Sequence record: KX828711
Direction: 5' to 3' (one strand)
DNA from: Shigella phage SH7
DNA: 64,000 bases
Position numbers and translations under genes: made by a program. Each line of letters begins with the position of its first letter. Position 1 is the first letter of the stretch. The notes beneath the pieces are model-generated. The model searched no databases. It had not been told where the DNA came from and saw only the letters and a program-made list of their open reading frames with translations. Positions 1 through 10,516 of this stretch are shown one piece after another.

Positions 1-2178
1 TTAGGCCGCAAGGGCCTTCATAGTTTTAGCGATTTGGGAAACTTCATCATCACTTAAAGAGTTGCGATAACCGATGAAGTCGGAAACAATACGGAATTTC
101 TTGGTAAACTCAGCAACCATTTTATCACTATTTTTTGAAGCATTATTTGATAATACATCAAAAAGATTAGTTACTGTCCAGATGTCATGACCGATGGTAT
201 CTTTTCCACCATTAAAATATACACCCTGTAATGAACTAACCATATTAGCGAGTCGTGTATATTCTTCAGAAACTTCATCTACACTGAAGTACTTCATCAT
301 AAAATCTAATTCAGGATACTTGATAATTTTATCAATATATCGTTTAGCTGAACTTGAATAACCTACATACTTATCATAATCTACATCATCAAAAGCATCT
401 ACATATAAATCACGCAAAGCTTCAAAAATACATTGGCACTGACCGAGTTCTTTTACCTTTTTCTGTAAAAGCGGACGAATAACATAAAATTCATTAATGC
501 CAATAAGATTAGCCATACGAATCAAAATATTCATAGATGGATGACAAAGAGATGTAGTACCATCCATAGAGAAAATATCAGAACGATGCATATACGCTAC
601 ATAACCAGTAATTTCATCCGCTTCTGACGTAAGTGTAAATAGTTCCTCTTTTTCCCACCGCCCGTCTTTAATTTCAAACTTAAATGCTGTAGCAGCTTTA
701 GGACGAGGAGCTTTACTTTTAACTACCTTTGGAATATAGCTTTTAACTAAAGCTTCGATTTCTGACAAATAATGAATGTTAACTTCATCACTTTCAAACA
801 TCGCCATAATATCAGGAAGTAAATCAATCTGCGATTCTACTTCTGGATTAATAAACAGAAGACGTTCATTGTGATGAATATTCAAAGTGTTATTAAATTC
901 ACTATCATCTAACGCATGTGCTAATCCACGAACAATATTAACACGATTTTTAATATTATCAATAACGATATTAATTTTTGTTGTATTAATACCAAACAGA
1001 CGATAACTTGATGCAACGGCTGAAGTTTCATGACTTTGCTTAATGCGCTTCAGTCGAGGGTCAAGATTTACTTCATACACAACTCCCGCGTTGCATAACT
1101 TACTGTCAGGTTCAAACATGCTCTGCATCTTTTTATATGACAGATTTTTAGTCGTGAATTTGACTGAATTACTAATCATATAATCTCGAGCAGAATACCC
1201 CATCTTCATCAATTCACGATATGTGTGACGAGGAGATGTAGATTCTTTAAATCGTTTTACATCTTCATTAAATGCTTTCTCACTGAGTTCTTTAACTCGT
1301 TCAATAATATTTTTACGAGTGCGATCATCCAGTGAAAGAGCCTCGCGAGATGGAGCAATATCAAGTGAACCCATTGGAAACTTAATGTAATTCACTTCAT
1401 TGCGAATGCTTAGCCAGTTACGGTCTCTAATAACACCATCGATAGGATAAACAATACCGCCATAGATAGCATATAATCCACCACGATCAGGCCAGTATCT
1501 TTCTGGATTTACACCATAATAGTCATCAAAATCCGGAAAATAATCAATTTCGCGGTCAAGACCATTAATGATAGCCAAATCTTTGAACGGTCGCATGATA
1601 TAAGAAACCTCATAAGCAAAGTTTCTAAAGTCTTTTTCTTCAACTGGAACTACGATTTCAATACCAGTTTTATCGTCTGGACCCATTTCTTTCACGAATG
1701 TAAGTTTAATTTGTGGACCATCGCCATCCATGTAAGCTACATAACCACGAATTTCACCTTTATGATACGAAGTAATACTAAATGTATCAGTATAACTAAA
1801 CGGAGATTTAGAACCTAAACCAAATCCGCCAATGAAATCGTTAGATTCAGCCTTAGATGAACTGAAGTATGAATTATACAGACCAGGAGAATTATCATCA
1901 CCCTGAATATCAAAATCACTCATACCCGGACCAAAATCTCTACAAACAAATCGCGGATCTAAACGTCCAGGAACTTGTATAATAAATTTTTCAGGATTTC
2001 CATTAAGTGCATGAGCATCAATCATGTTAGTAATCAATTCACGGACTACTGCGCGAATCTTGTTTGTATACAAATCAGATGACAGAATTTTAAATACTTT
2101 AGGAGATGCTGTGATGCTAAATGCTTTTGATTTAGAACCATTACCAAGAATTGTTTCTTTTTCAGTGGTGATAATCAT
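1..2178 (-). CDS. rIIA: rIIA protein, complete 725 aa; window begins at its stop codon
   Basis: 725-aa ORF; GHKL-type ATPase N-box ([11 protein letters not shown]) and G-box (DFGPGM); length and position next to gene 39 match T-even rIIA. Confidence 0.85.
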   Translation of the reverse strand: MIITTEKETILGNGSKSKAFSITASPKVFKILSSDLYTNKIRAVVRELITNMIDAHALNGNPEKFIIQVPGRLDPRFVCRDFGPGMSDFDIQGDDNSPGLYNSYFSSSKAESNDFIGGFGLGSKSPFSYTDTFSITSYHKGEIRGYVAYMDGDGPQIKLTFVKEMGPDDKTGIEIVVPVEEKDFRNFAYEVSYIMRPFKDLAIINGLDREIDYFPDFDDYYGVNPERYWPDRGGLYAIYGGIVYPIDGVIRDRNWLSIRNEVNYIKFPMGSLDIAPSREALSLDDRTRKNIIERVKELSEKAFNEDVKRFKESTSPRHTYRELMKMGYSARDYMISNSVKFTTKNLSYKKMQSMFEPDSKLCNAGVVYEVNLDPRLKRIKQSHETSAVASSYRLFGINTTKINIVIDNIKNRVNIVRGLAHALDDSEFNNTLNIHHNERLLFINPEVESQIDLLPDIMAMFESDEVNIHYLSEIEALVKSYIPKVVKSKAPRPKAATAFKFEIKDGRWEKEELFTLTSEADEITGYVAYMHRSDIFSMDGTTSLCHPSMNILIRMANLIGINEFYVIRPLLQKKVKELGQCQCIFEALRDLYVDAFDDVDYDKYVGYSSSAKRYIDKIIKYPELDFMMKYFSVDEVSEEYTRLANMVSSLQGVYFNGGKDTIGHDIWTVTNLFDVLSNNASKNSDKMVAEFTKKFRIVSDFIGYRNSLSDDEVSQIAKTMKALAA

Positions 2179-2188
2179 AATTTCCTCA

Positions 2189-2392
2189 TTAATTCATATT
2201 ACGCTTAATAACTTCAGCAACTTCTAGTAGTTCATCTTTAGTTGCGGTGTCGGATTGAATTTTATCTCTAATATCCTTAAAGCGGTTTTTAAATTCTTCG
2301 GCTTCTCCCATATCGAAAAAGCGTTGAATGATTCTATATTCTCGATGAACTGCTTTATCAAAAAGTTCTAAATTTACTTTATATGATTTCAT
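2189..2392 (-). CDS. small hypothetical protein (rIIA.1 position)
   Basis: 67-aa ORF in track; early promoter immediately upstream. Confidence 0.45.
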   Translation of the reverse strand: MKSYKVNLELFDKAVHREYRIIQRFFDMGEAEEFKNRFKDIRDKIQSDTATKDELLEVAEVIKRNMN

Positions 2393-2417
2393 TTCAATAT
2401 CCTCATTTGCCCAATTA

Positions 2418-2447
2418 ATTATACCACATCCTTGTGGTAAAGTAAAC
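2418..2447 (-). promoter_or_regulatory. early sigma70-type promoter (-35 TTTACT, 17 nt, -10 TATAAT)
   Basis: minus-strand reading GTTTACTTTACCACAAGGATGTGGTATAAT upstream of 2392 start. Confidence 0.6.
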
Positions 2448-4267
2448 TATTGGCTCATCCATTCTTTACGAAGGTCAGCGTTATCTCCCATGAGCATTTC
2501 AAAAAGCTCTTTCCAGTTCTCAGGAAGTTTAACAACATCATATACTGGGTTTTGAATCATCTCACGATATTCAGATTTTTCCAAAGAGCCAAGTCCCTTA
2601 ATATAACGGATGCTATGTTTAGGTAGAGCATCTTTGGCACTCTCATATTCAGCGACTGTATAAAACCATTCTTGTTTTTTACCGACCTGAGCGATGATTA
2701 CAGGAGTTTTGACGAAACGAATTCTTCCTTGTTCAAACAATTCTGGCCAATTACTAAAAAATCCGAGCAGAGAAGGATAAATGCTTCCTAGACCATCATG
2801 GTCAGCATCGGTCATAATAGCGATATTATGATAATTCAAGTTTTCAGCTTTTTCACCAAGAACTAATCCAGTGATTGCGCAAATATCAAACAGTTCTTTG
2901 TTTTTAAGCATATCAGCATATGACATACCCCAACTGTTGAGAACTTTACCGCGCAATGGATAACCACCATGAAGTTCTTTATCACGAACATCAATAAGAT
3001 ATCCGATAGCCGAATCACCCTCGGTTAAGAACAATGTAGTATCAGCATCTTTACCACAAAGATTCGCTTTAATATGTTTATGAACCTTAGCTTTAGAAGC
3101 CTTTTTAGCTGCTTTAGTTTCTGCCGCTTTTTCTGCCGCCAATTTACGAGCCAAGGCAGCTTCAATAATTGGCATCAAAATAGCTTCATTATTTAGAATA
3201 GCACGTGAAATCTTTTTAGCATCAAGCTGAATATGACTACGGATTTCACCAAATGGAGAAGTCAAACGCTCTTTAGTTTGAGAATCAAATCGCATGTTTT
3301 TCATATCACGGACAAACATAACGATAGTCAAACATTCTTTGACACGCGCTTTAGTTACATCAATTTTGAACTTACGTTTGATTTGTGGAATAAGGTCTTC
3401 ACAAATATCATCCATAACGCAGTCAATGTGATGGCCACCATTCTTAGTATGAATGTTATTCACATAAGTTAATTGACGAAATCCATCCGGTGAACGACCA
3501 ACCGCAATAGAACAATTTTCTTGTTCTTGAACAATAGCATGTTCATCATACTGTCGTGCATATTTCTTAAAATTGCCCTGAACCTTTTTACCATTAAAGG
3601 TAAATTGAATATCAGGATAAACAACAGCAAGTGTCTGGAGACGATCTAGTGTAATGTCAAGATAAACTTGGGACAGCTCATTAGTTTCAAATGACATAAA
3701 ATCAGGAATGAAAGTAACACGAGTTCCTTTCCATTTTCCAGGAATATCTTCCCATGATTTATTTTCCATGCCGTTTGAACAACGAACTACAATATTATTT
3801 TGACCGTCGCCAGTTTCACCAACAAACATCACAGAAAAAATGTTTGTCAAACTAGAACCAACACCATTCATACCGCCGGTGACACGTTCTTTATCATCAC
3901 CGAAGTTACCACCTGCTTTTGGAATAGTCCATGCAGCAACAGGACCAGGAATTTCTTCACCGGTAGGTGTTTTAACCATCGCCTGTGGAATACCACGACC
4001 GTTATCTTCAACTGTTACTTGATTGTTTTTAATAGTAACATTAATTTTATTTGCGAATTTAAACTTAGTACGAATACCTTCATCTACTGAGTTATCGATA
4101 ATTTCATCAATAAGCTTAACAAGACCAGGTACATACTGAACACTTTCCCATTTACCAAACAGAAAGCGCTCATGCATTTCATTAGCTGAAGAGCCAATAT
4201 ACATGCCGCTACGCTTTTTGATATGTTCAATATCGCTCAGAATTTTAATTTCATTCTTAATCATCAC
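2447..4267 (-). CDS. 39: DNA topoisomerase II large (ATPase) subunit, unsplit 606-aa form
   Basis: GyrB-like ATPase motifs (EIIDNSVDE, EDNGRGIP, GGMNGVGSS) and TOPRIM-like C-terminus in one ORF. Confidence 0.85.
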   Translation of the reverse strand: MMIKNEIKILSDIEHIKKRSGMYIGSSANEMHERFLFGKWESVQYVPGLVKLIDEIIDNSVDEGIRTKFKFANKINVTIKNNQVTVEDNGRGIPQAMVKTPTGEEIPGPVAAWTIPKAGGNFGDDKERVTGGMNGVGSSLTNIFSVMFVGETGDGQNNIVVRCSNGMENKSWEDIPGKWKGTRVTFIPDFMSFETNELSQVYLDITLDRLQTLAVVYPDIQFTFNGKKVQGNFKKYARQYDEHAIVQEQENCSIAVGRSPDGFRQLTYVNNIHTKNGGHHIDCVMDDICEDLIPQIKRKFKIDVTKARVKECLTIVMFVRDMKNMRFDSQTKERLTSPFGEIRSHIQLDAKKISRAILNNEAILMPIIEAALARKLAAEKAAETKAAKKASKAKVHKHIKANLCGKDADTTLFLTEGDSAIGYLIDVRDKELHGGYPLRGKVLNSWGMSYADMLKNKELFDICAITGLVLGEKAENLNYHNIAIMTDADHDGLGSIYPSLLGFFSNWPELFEQGRIRFVKTPVIIAQVGKKQEWFYTVAEYESAKDALPKHSIRYIKGLGSLEKSEYREMIQNPVYDVVKLPENWKELFEMLMGDNADLRKEWMSQ

Positions 4268-4291
4268 TTATCCTCGTTTGGTTTCGGGAAT

Positions 4292-4316
4292 ATTATACTC
4301 CGGTAATCATAAAGCT
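4292..4316 (-). promoter_or_regulatory. middle-type promoter (MotA-like box AGCTTTA, 12 nt, TATAAT) for gene 39
   Basis: minus strand ttAGCTTTAtgattaccggagTATAAT directly after the hairpin. Confidence 0.45.
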
Positions 4317-4334
4317 AAAGGCCCGAAGGCCTTT
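4317..4334 (-). terminator. GC-rich hairpin with UUCG tetraloop (RNA stability/terminator element)
   Basis: aaaggcc-cgaa-ggccttt; minus strand loop UUCG; immediately 3' of the 4334..4594 gene. Confidence 0.6.
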
Positions 4335-4594
4335 TATTTAAAACGGATAGTCGAATCCTTGAAGAATAGACCAGAACACACAGTTCCTTCTACTTTCTGC
4401 CCAGTAGGTCCAACAGCACGAAATCCAGTGTGTTGGAAATCATTTTCAGAGCAACCGAACCAATTGTATCCAGTGATTTCAATATTAGTAAACCCACTTG
4501 AAGACAAAACTTTGGTTGCATTATCAGCATCAGTACATCCTACTAAAGATACTGCTAATACTAATGCTGCGATAGAACGATTAATATATTTCAT
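4334..4594 (-). CDS. predicted lipoprotein (39.1 position)
   Basis: 86-aa ORF; N-terminal signal with lipobox LVGC. Confidence 0.5.
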   Translation of the reverse strand: MKYINRSIAALVLAVSLVGCTDADNATKVLSSSGFTNIEITGYNWFGCSENDFQHTGFRAVGPTGQKVEGTVCSGLFFKDSTIRFK

Positions 4595-4596
4595 AA

Positions 4597-4773
4597 TTAC
4601 CCTTTAAGCAAGTCGTAAAATCCGCCATTCACATGCTTAGGAGCGGAAACTAACCGAATAGCAATCCGATGACAATCAGGACATACATCAGTATCCCTTT
4701 CAGAAATTTTCTTGATTTTTTCGTATTCTTTTGCACAGTCTTTGGATTGGCATTTATAATCATAAAGCGGCAT
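4597..4773 (-). CDS. 58-aa zinc-ribbon protein (FmdB-like MPLYDYKC...CPDC), absent from ORF track (<60 aa)
   Basis: own translation MPLYDYKCQSKDCAKEYEKIKKISERDTDVCPDCHRIAIRLVSAPKHVNGGFYDLLKG; two CxxC pairs; fills the gap between flanking genes. Confidence 0.5.
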   Translation of the reverse strand: MPLYDYKCQSKDCAKEYEKIKKISERDTDVCPDCHRIAIRLVSAPKHVNGGFYDLLKG

Positions 4774-4775
4774 AA

Positions 4776-5195
4776 TTATTCCTTAAAGTGAGCTTTCAAC
4801 ATCTGATACAATGACCATGCCTGTTCATTATTTTCAATAGTAACTTTCATGACAGGAAATTCTGTGAAATCTTCTATTTGTTCTTGCTCTTCCTGCTCTT
4901 GTTCTTCAGCAGCCTGATATGGATTTTCCACTTCATCAAAGAACCCAGCTTCGTTAGTAGAGAGCCAGATAAAGTTTTCGTCAAGGATAACACCATGTGT
5001 TGCATATCCAAATGTGCCAGTAGATGTCACAATTTTAGTAGGACGACCAAGATGGTCAACATCTAAAATTTTAAAAGGTTCCATACCTAAACGTCGTGCG
5101 TAGATTCCGTTATCAGTATGGTCTTTAATAAAATTTTCTTGAGCTTGTTTATTTTTAAATTGATACCATTTATTAACTTCAAATTTAATAGCCAT
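4776..5195 (-). CDS. acidic hypothetical protein (goF position)
   Basis: 139-aa ORF; [13 protein letters not shown] acidic tract; position and size similar to T4 goF as recalled. Confidence 0.45.
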   Translation of the reverse strand: MAIKFEVNKWYQFKNKQAQENFIKDHTDNGIYARRLGMEPFKILDVDHLGRPTKIVTSTGTFGYATHGVILDENFIWLSTNEAGFFDEVENPYQAAEEQEQEEQEQIEDFTEFPVMKVTIENNEQAWSLYQMLKAHFKE

Positions 5196-5410
5196 TAATA
5201 AATTTCCTTCCAGTAAGTTGTGCCATCTTCAGTAATTTCACGAAATACACCGTAAATTGCTTGTTTATCACCAACCTTTTCATACACATAAACCGAAGTC
5301 AAGTGAGTAAACTTAATGGTGTGTTCCTTTTGAACTACTACCAAATCTGGATCGAATAATACATCTTCAAATTCGTCATTAGTACAATTCTGAACAATTT
5401 TGTGTTTCAT
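5195..5410 (-). CDS. 71-aa protein (cef position)
   Basis: 71-aa ORF; size and position match T4 cef as recalled. Confidence 0.4.
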   Translation of the reverse strand: MKHKIVQNCTNDEFEDVLFDPDLVVVQKEHTIKFTHLTSVYVYEKVGDKQAIYGVFREITEDGTTYWKEIY

Positions 5411-5423
5411 TACAATTTCCTCA

Positions 5424-5705
5424 TTAATTGAACAGTGGAGCGATGCGTTTCAGAAGAGTAGCAGCACCTTTGGCAAATTTTACATCATGAAAAACAGTTT
5501 CTTCTTCCGTTACAACACGAGCTTTAATGTTTTCACAATCCCAATTTTTGCGAACAATCTTCAAAAGCTGCAGTAAATCTTTGCATTCAGCAATATCGAT
5601 AACACATCCACGAGAATCTTCCATTATCGCACGATAACCGTAAGCCATACCATAATCGTTGAAAGATTGTTCGATGATAATTAAGTTTTCCATTTTATTC
5701 TCCAA
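5424..5705 (-). CDS. hypothetical protein
   Basis: 93-aa ORF. Confidence 0.4.
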   Translation of the reverse strand: MENKMENLIIIEQSFNDYGMAYGYRAIMEDSRGCVIDIAECKDLLQLLKIVRKNWDCENIKARVVTEEETVFHDVKFAKGAATLLKRIAPLFN

Positions 5706-5717
5706 GTTGTTTTCTGT

Positions 5718-5766
5718 ATCAGTAGTTGATATTGATATAGTACCATAATCAACTACTGATGTATAT
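5718..5766 (-). promoter_or_regulatory. promoter whose -10 (TACTAT) lies in the loop of a perfect 13-bp inverted repeat (atcagtagttgat / atcaactactgat)
   Basis: inverted repeat 5718..5730 and 5748..5760 read directly; -35-like TATACA 17 nt upstream of the -10. Confidence 0.45.
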
Positions 5767-5790
5767 AGTTTTATGAAAAAATTTTAAACT

Positions 5791-6288
5791 TTATGCACAA
5801 CGAGCTTTGCTATAGTGTTTAATCCAACTTTCAGGAATGACTTTGTATGTTCCTAAAAATACCGCGTTGTACAACTTAACGCCATCTTCTACCCATTGAT
5901 CGGTAATGTATGCACACATAGCACGAGTGCGATGTTTTTGAACAACCCCTTCCTCATCTTCGGTAAATTCGAATTCATAAGGAGCAATGAACTTAATAGC
6001 CTGACCGAGCTTCCACTTAAAGTCTACACCTACATGTGAAGTATCAATCGTTTCAATTCCTTTAGCAGGAACAGCTTTCAAAAACGCAGATTCAAGAAAT
6101 TTCGCACGAACATAGCCAAACTGAGGTTTAGACTTTCCATCTTTAGGAATGATACGCACTTTTACTTCAGAATCTTCATCTTTAACGCCATGTTTAAGCT
6201 GAATGCTTACAATTTCAACCAATTTTCCTGCTGCTTTAGAACGGGATTTATCAGATACACGAGCAATTTCACCAATATTAATAATCAT
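5791..6288 (-). CDS. MotB-position protein (165 aa)
   Basis: ORF; C-terminal ITDQWVEDGVKLYNAVF shared with the next gene. Confidence 0.45.
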   Translation of the reverse strand: MIINIGEIARVSDKSRSKAAGKLVEIVSIQLKHGVKDEDSEVKVRIIPKDGKSKPQFGYVRAKFLESAFLKAVPAKGIETIDTSHVGVDFKWKLGQAIKFIAPYEFEFTEDEEGVVQKHRTRAMCAYITDQWVEDGVKLYNAVFLGTYKVIPESWIKHYSKARCA

Positions 6289-6332
6289 AGTTATCTCTCA
6301 CTTGTTAAAAAGATTTTATACTCCACAGGACC

Positions 6333-6362
6333 ATTATACTCTGGTCCCAAGAGTTTGTAAAC
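6333..6362 (-). promoter_or_regulatory. early promoter (GTTTACA, 17 nt, TATAAT)
   Basis: sequence read on minus strand upstream of 6288. Confidence 0.6.
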
Positions 6363-6364
6363 TA

Positions 6365-6904
6365 TTAATTCAAAATAGCTACCACTGCACTACGAGGTAC
6401 TACGCTAAAATCACCTGCATGAACAACGTTCAGAAGTTCAACACCGTCTTCAATCCATTGGTCTGTTACCCAACCACAGACCGAAATAAATGGGGTCTTG
6501 ATAGCTACAGCACGAGTCAAAAGGTCAGTAGGATCGCATTCTTGGAAGAGGATAAGCTCTGCTTCAAAGACTATAGTTTTAATTACTTCATCATTATCTA
6601 AGCGATGTGCTCGAATCACATAAGCTTTATTCTTATCATGCCAATTACTTTTTGAAAAACTTTTAACCACAAACTCGCCTTCACCAAAAACACTGGTCAA
6701 TGCTTTATAACCCAAATTTAGTTCAGTAGTTTTAATTTCAGTTTCAACCAGTTTGTAGGTTTTGCCGATTTCAATAGCGGTAGTCATAGTAGGTTCCTTA
6801 ATTTCCAGTGGTTTAACAGGGCATACATAAGTGCTTACAACATCAAAATCAATCAGCTTAGCTACCGGATTTGGTGTGTATTCAGGATTATAATTAAATT
6901 TCAT
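6365..6904 (-). CDS. paralog of the 5791..6288 protein (179 aa)
   Basis: shared C-terminal motif VTDQWIEDGVELLNVVH. Confidence 0.45.
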   Translation of the reverse strand: MKFNYNPEYTPNPVAKLIDFDVVSTYVCPVKPLEIKEPTMTTAIEIGKTYKLVETEIKTTELNLGYKALTSVFGEGEFVVKSFSKSNWHDKNKAYVIRAHRLDNDEVIKTIVFEAELILFQECDPTDLLTRAVAIKTPFISVCGWVTDQWIEDGVELLNVVHAGDFSVVPRSAVVAILN

Positions 6905-6906
6905 AA

Positions 6907-7407
6907 TTATCTCATTTCAATAAAATCTACGAGTTCAGCATGCGATTTGCGGAACATTACTTGGTGCCCACCAATGATAACTTCATCTTCAGGAACTTCA
7001 TATATAGCAAGATAAAATCCTTTAGAAGCTAATTCTTCACGCTCTTCTCGTGTGAACCATCTCATCATATCATATTCACTAACGAAAGCAAAATGATAAA
7101 GAGCTATAAACCATCCTGGAATATGATATTCTACTCCAACATAATCTTTCTTGAACTTAGTATTAATTACTATATTAGCGTTTTTAACTAATAGTTTATC
7201 TTCGTGTGGTAAAGGAATTCTTTTATTATTATCGCTATGATGCATAAAATTAGGTCTGTCATAACCTACGTGTAATAGCCACTCTTCGCTCCATGAATCT
7301 ATTATACTCCTGTACGGCGTTATTTGAACACAAAGATTTCGACGTATTGTTATAGCATCTTCATAATCAAGAATACTAAACGATGATTCAACACGATAAA
7401 TTTTCAT
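6907..7407 (-). CDS. hypothetical protein
   Basis: 166-aa ORF. Confidence 0.4.
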   Translation of the reverse strand: MKIYRVESSFSILDYEDAITIRRNLCVQITPYRSIIDSWSEEWLLHVGYDRPNFMHHSDNNKRIPLPHEDKLLVKNANIVINTKFKKDYVGVEYHIPGWFIALYHFAFVSEYDMMRWFTREEREELASKGFYLAIYEVPEDEVIIGGHQVMFRKSHAELVDFIEMR

Positions 7408-7434
7408 TTTATTATCCTCAGTAGCTATGGTGTT

Positions 7435-7464
7435 ATAATACCATAACTAACCGAGGAAGTAAAC
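7435..7464 (-). promoter_or_regulatory. early promoter (TTTACT, 17 nt, TATTAT)
   Basis: sequence. Confidence 0.5.
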
Positions 7465-7470
7465 AACTTT

Positions 7471-8154
7471 TTATCGTTTAGTTGGAAGAGATAGAGGATC
7501 GCATTCTTCCTCTGATGGAGCGTCTTCAAGACCCATAGCATACCGCAAAGCATACTTCATCATCAGGATGTCTTTCGCACAGTCATGAATAGAATCATGC
7601 GCAACGAATCCATCTAAAGTTCCTTTTGGAAGAGGACACGTGGTCATATCACGAACAAGCAGAAGTGCTTCAATTCTGGTACGAATATCACGCTGATTCC
7701 AGAATTTACAAGGTTCTAACTTAAATGTATCAAGCTCATTCTCGGAAACGCCGTTAAGACGTTGAATATCGCGAATGAGATCGACTAAAATTGGAAAATC
7801 AAACGACATTCCACGGCACCAGCCTTGAGATTTCCAAGGATCGATATTATGTGCATTGATGTAATCATTAAATTTTGCAATACCGTCAATAGTGCTTACA
7901 TCTTCATCTGATGGTGCAATATTTTTTCGAGCTTCAGGAGATTGATTCTTCCACCATTCGATAGTGCTTTTAGTAAAAAGACGATGTCCTTTTTGGCTTT
8001 TTAAATCAAATTTGATTTTAATGCCACGTGAAACTAATTCATCAAATGTTTCAACTACTTCTGGATTAGGGTCAAAAGCAATTACAGCTAAATCAATAAC
8101 CGCTGCTTTTTCACCGCTTCCCATTGTTTCAAAATCTATAATAAAATCAAACAT
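7471..8154 (-). CDS. dexA: exonuclease A, DnaQ-like 3'-5' exonuclease
   Basis: 227 aa; N-terminal DFETMG exo motif; size and position match T4 DexA. Confidence 0.7.
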   Translation of the reverse strand: MFDFIIDFETMGSGEKAAVIDLAVIAFDPNPEVVETFDELVSRGIKIKFDLKSQKGHRLFTKSTIEWWKNQSPEARKNIAPSDEDVSTIDGIAKFNDYINAHNIDPWKSQGWCRGMSFDFPILVDLIRDIQRLNGVSENELDTFKLEPCKFWNQRDIRTRIEALLLVRDMTTCPLPKGTLDGFVAHDSIHDCAKDILMMKYALRYAMGLEDAPSEEECDPLSLPTKR

Positions 8155-8411
8155 TAAATTTTCCTTGCTAAATCGCGAATTTGACCTACAGTATAGTCTT
8201 GAATATAAACTTTATTAATAGGCTCATCAATAAATTTTGCCATAGATTCAATATCTTTTTGTATCTCTTCAAGACTGTATACTATCTTTAAAGCTTTTTC
8301 GCGAATAGTAATATTTTCAGGACCCGGATTTTCTTGAATGACAGCTTTAACATTTGTCATAAGAGATTTAAACTGGTACCAACTTAATTCAATCATTAAT
8401 AATCGCCTCAT
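8154..8411 (-). CDS. small helical protein
   Basis: 85-aa ORF; paralogous to the next ORF. Confidence 0.35.
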   Translation of the reverse strand: MRRLLMIELSWYQFKSLMTNVKAVIQENPGPENITIREKALKIVYSLEEIQKDIESMAKFIDEPINKVYIQDYTVGQIRDLARKI

Positions 8412-8649
8412 AAAGATAGCTAATTTCGCCTAAAACGTAATCATTGATTGTAACAGTTTTTACTTCACCACAAAAGAATTCTAACGCAATTAAATCTCGT
8501 TCAATTTCTTCTAATTGAAGCATCAACTTACTAGATTCAATTTTTACAGTTTCACGATTTTTACCATGAGCAATTTCATAAATTTCGCTAACTTTATCCT
8601 GAAGAAGATAAAACTGATCTTTAGTTATTTCCACGAATAGCTTCCTCAA
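8389..8649 (-). CDS. small helical protein (paralog)
   Basis: 86-aa ORF. Confidence 0.35.
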   Translation of the reverse strand: MRKLFVEITKDQFYLLQDKVSEIYEIAHGKNRETVKIESSKLMLQLEEIERDLIALEFFCGEVKTVTINDYVLGEISYLYEAIIND

Positions 8650-8881
8650 ATTTAATTAGTAATTTACAGACACTTTCATCTAGTGTAATTACCGTATCTG
8701 TATTACTGTGATATGATTGTTTTTCAATTCGTTTAATTGCTAATATAGTATCACTTATAAGATAAAGCTTATGAAGGAGCTCAGCTCCTGTTACCATAAC
8801 ATTAAGATTATCTTGCTTATTAGTATGCTTCCTTATACCATCTATTAGACGATTTAAATATTTTGAATTGATGTTAATCAT
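8621..8881 (-). CDS. small hypothetical protein
   Basis: 86-aa ORF. Confidence 0.35.
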   Translation of the reverse strand: MININSKYLNRLIDGIRKHTNKQDNLNVMVTGAELLHKLYLISDTILAIKRIEKQSYHSNTDTVITLDESVCKLLIKFEEAIRGNN

Positions 8882-8887
8882 ATAGCC

Positions 8888-10207
8888 TCACACATAAAAC
8901 ACATCATAACGACCACGGGTGACACCAACATAAAGAAGTTGTTGAGCCAATTCAGCATCTGCATAATGAATACAAGGCGTATAGATGAAAGCACGGTCTA
9001 CAGACATGCCCTGAGCTTTATGAAATGTCGATGCAGGAAGTGCTTTCACTTTACTAAACTGTGATTTAGCATCCCAAAAATCACTCCACGGAGCTTTTCC
9101 GCCTTTGTTCCAATTTTTATAAGTTTCTGCCGTTTTACCTAAAAATAGGTTAAACTTATACAGTTCTTCATCGGATGAAATTATTTTAATCTTTTCACGA
9201 TAATATTCATCATCGCCGTAAGTTTCTACTGTTAAATCCCAATGACGAATTAAGTATTCTCCAGGAACACCACGAGCTTTAACAAACGTTGATGTATACT
9301 CTGCTTCTATAATACGAACTAATTGTCCGTTATTAAAAATAATTTCTGACACAGGCTTTCCATCAATTTTATATGTTTTAATTAATGGTTCCTGCATTAC
9401 AATAATTTCACCGACAATAAAATCTTTATCAGTTTCAAAAATCTTTTTACGAATAATGCTATTTAACTTGTCAACAGATTTATTCGTAAATGCCATTACA
9501 CGATTTTCAAACAAATCATCTAGTGATTTGACGATTGAAAAATAATTTACCATAAAATCGCGTAAAGCGGTATCACCTGTAAATCCACGTACTCCATGCC
9601 CGTCAACAATTTTATCATAAATCCACTTACCGTTACGAACGTCAGTAGCTACATCAATAATAGGAGCATTACTGCGTTTAACTTCAGTGAGTTCACACTG
9701 ATAAAAATCTTTGTGTGTAAAGAATGGACTGATATAAGCAGTATTTTCTCCTGGGTCAACAGGTCTAATTTGCTTATTATCACCTATTCCAATTATAGTA
9801 CACCACGGCGGGATAGTTGAAAGCAGAATTTTAAATAGCTTTCTATCATACATTGACACTTCGTCGCAGATTAATACCCTGCATTTAGCTAAATCTGGTA
9901 CTTCTTTTTGTTCAAAAAGAACGTTTTCTTCATACGTAACTGGGTTAATTTTAAGAATACTGTGAATAGTACTCGCTTCTTTCCCCGACAGTTTTGAAAG
10001 AATCTTTTTAGCTGCATGAGTAGGAGCTGCTAAAATAATACCAGTTTCACCCGTAGATATTAAGGCTTCAATGATGAACTTAGTAAGAGTAGTCTTACCA
10101 GTACCGGCAGGTCCATTGATAGTTACATGATGTTTCTTTTCTTTAATAGCCCTCATAACAATGTTAAAGGCATTTTTCTGGCCTTCGGTCAAATCATCAA
10201 ATGTCAT
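8888..10207 (-). CDS. dda: Dda DNA helicase (SF1B)
   Basis: 439 aa; Walker A GPAGTGKTT; size identical to T4 Dda. Confidence 0.85.
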   Translation of the reverse strand: MTFDDLTEGQKNAFNIVMRAIKEKKHHVTINGPAGTGKTTLTKFIIEALISTGETGIILAAPTHAAKKILSKLSGKEASTIHSILKINPVTYEENVLFEQKEVPDLAKCRVLICDEVSMYDRKLFKILLSTIPPWCTIIGIGDNKQIRPVDPGENTAYISPFFTHKDFYQCELTEVKRSNAPIIDVATDVRNGKWIYDKIVDGHGVRGFTGDTALRDFMVNYFSIVKSLDDLFENRVMAFTNKSVDKLNSIIRKKIFETDKDFIVGEIIVMQEPLIKTYKIDGKPVSEIIFNNGQLVRIIEAEYTSTFVKARGVPGEYLIRHWDLTVETYGDDEYYREKIKIISSDEELYKFNLFLGKTAETYKNWNKGGKAPWSDFWDAKSQFSKVKALPASTFHKAQGMSVDRAFIYTPCIHYADAELAQQLLYVGVTRGRYDVFYV

Positions 10208-10515
10208 CGGAAAGTCCCTGCAATTGGTATACTAACAATACGACCAGTATCTAGAATTCGTTGATATAATCTTTGTGTATCTACATCAGGCTTAACATGT
10301 TTAACTTCTATTTTATTAAACCAAAACTTGCGTGGAGTCTCAACTAGTCTTGGAATTCCCATACCTAAAGCTAGTTTATATTGGTCTTTGAGAGTAGTAA
10401 AAACTCTATCAGCAATCTCTCTTTCAAAAAATACAGCAGGACGATGTTCATCAAGTGGAACTGGCGCAGTAAATCCATCTTTGTCTCGGTAAACTATCGC
10501 ATATACATAAACCAT
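10204..10515 (-). CDS. hypothetical protein (dda.1 position)
   Basis: 103-aa ORF. Confidence 0.4.
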   Translation of the reverse strand: MVYVYAIVYRDKDGFTAPVPLDEHRPAVFFEREIADRVFTTLKDQYKLALGMGIPRLVETPRKFWFNKIEVKHVKPDVDTQRLYQRILDTGRIVSIPIAGTFR

Positions 10516-10516
10516 A

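Noticed and set aside
2024-4607. Plus-strand ORFs nested inside rIIA and gene 39 (2024..2227, 3233..3472, 3800..4090, 3840..4022, 4203..4607)
   Set aside because: They lie antisense within strongly supported minus-strand genes, lack ribosome-binding sites and have low-complexity translations; treated as frame artefacts.
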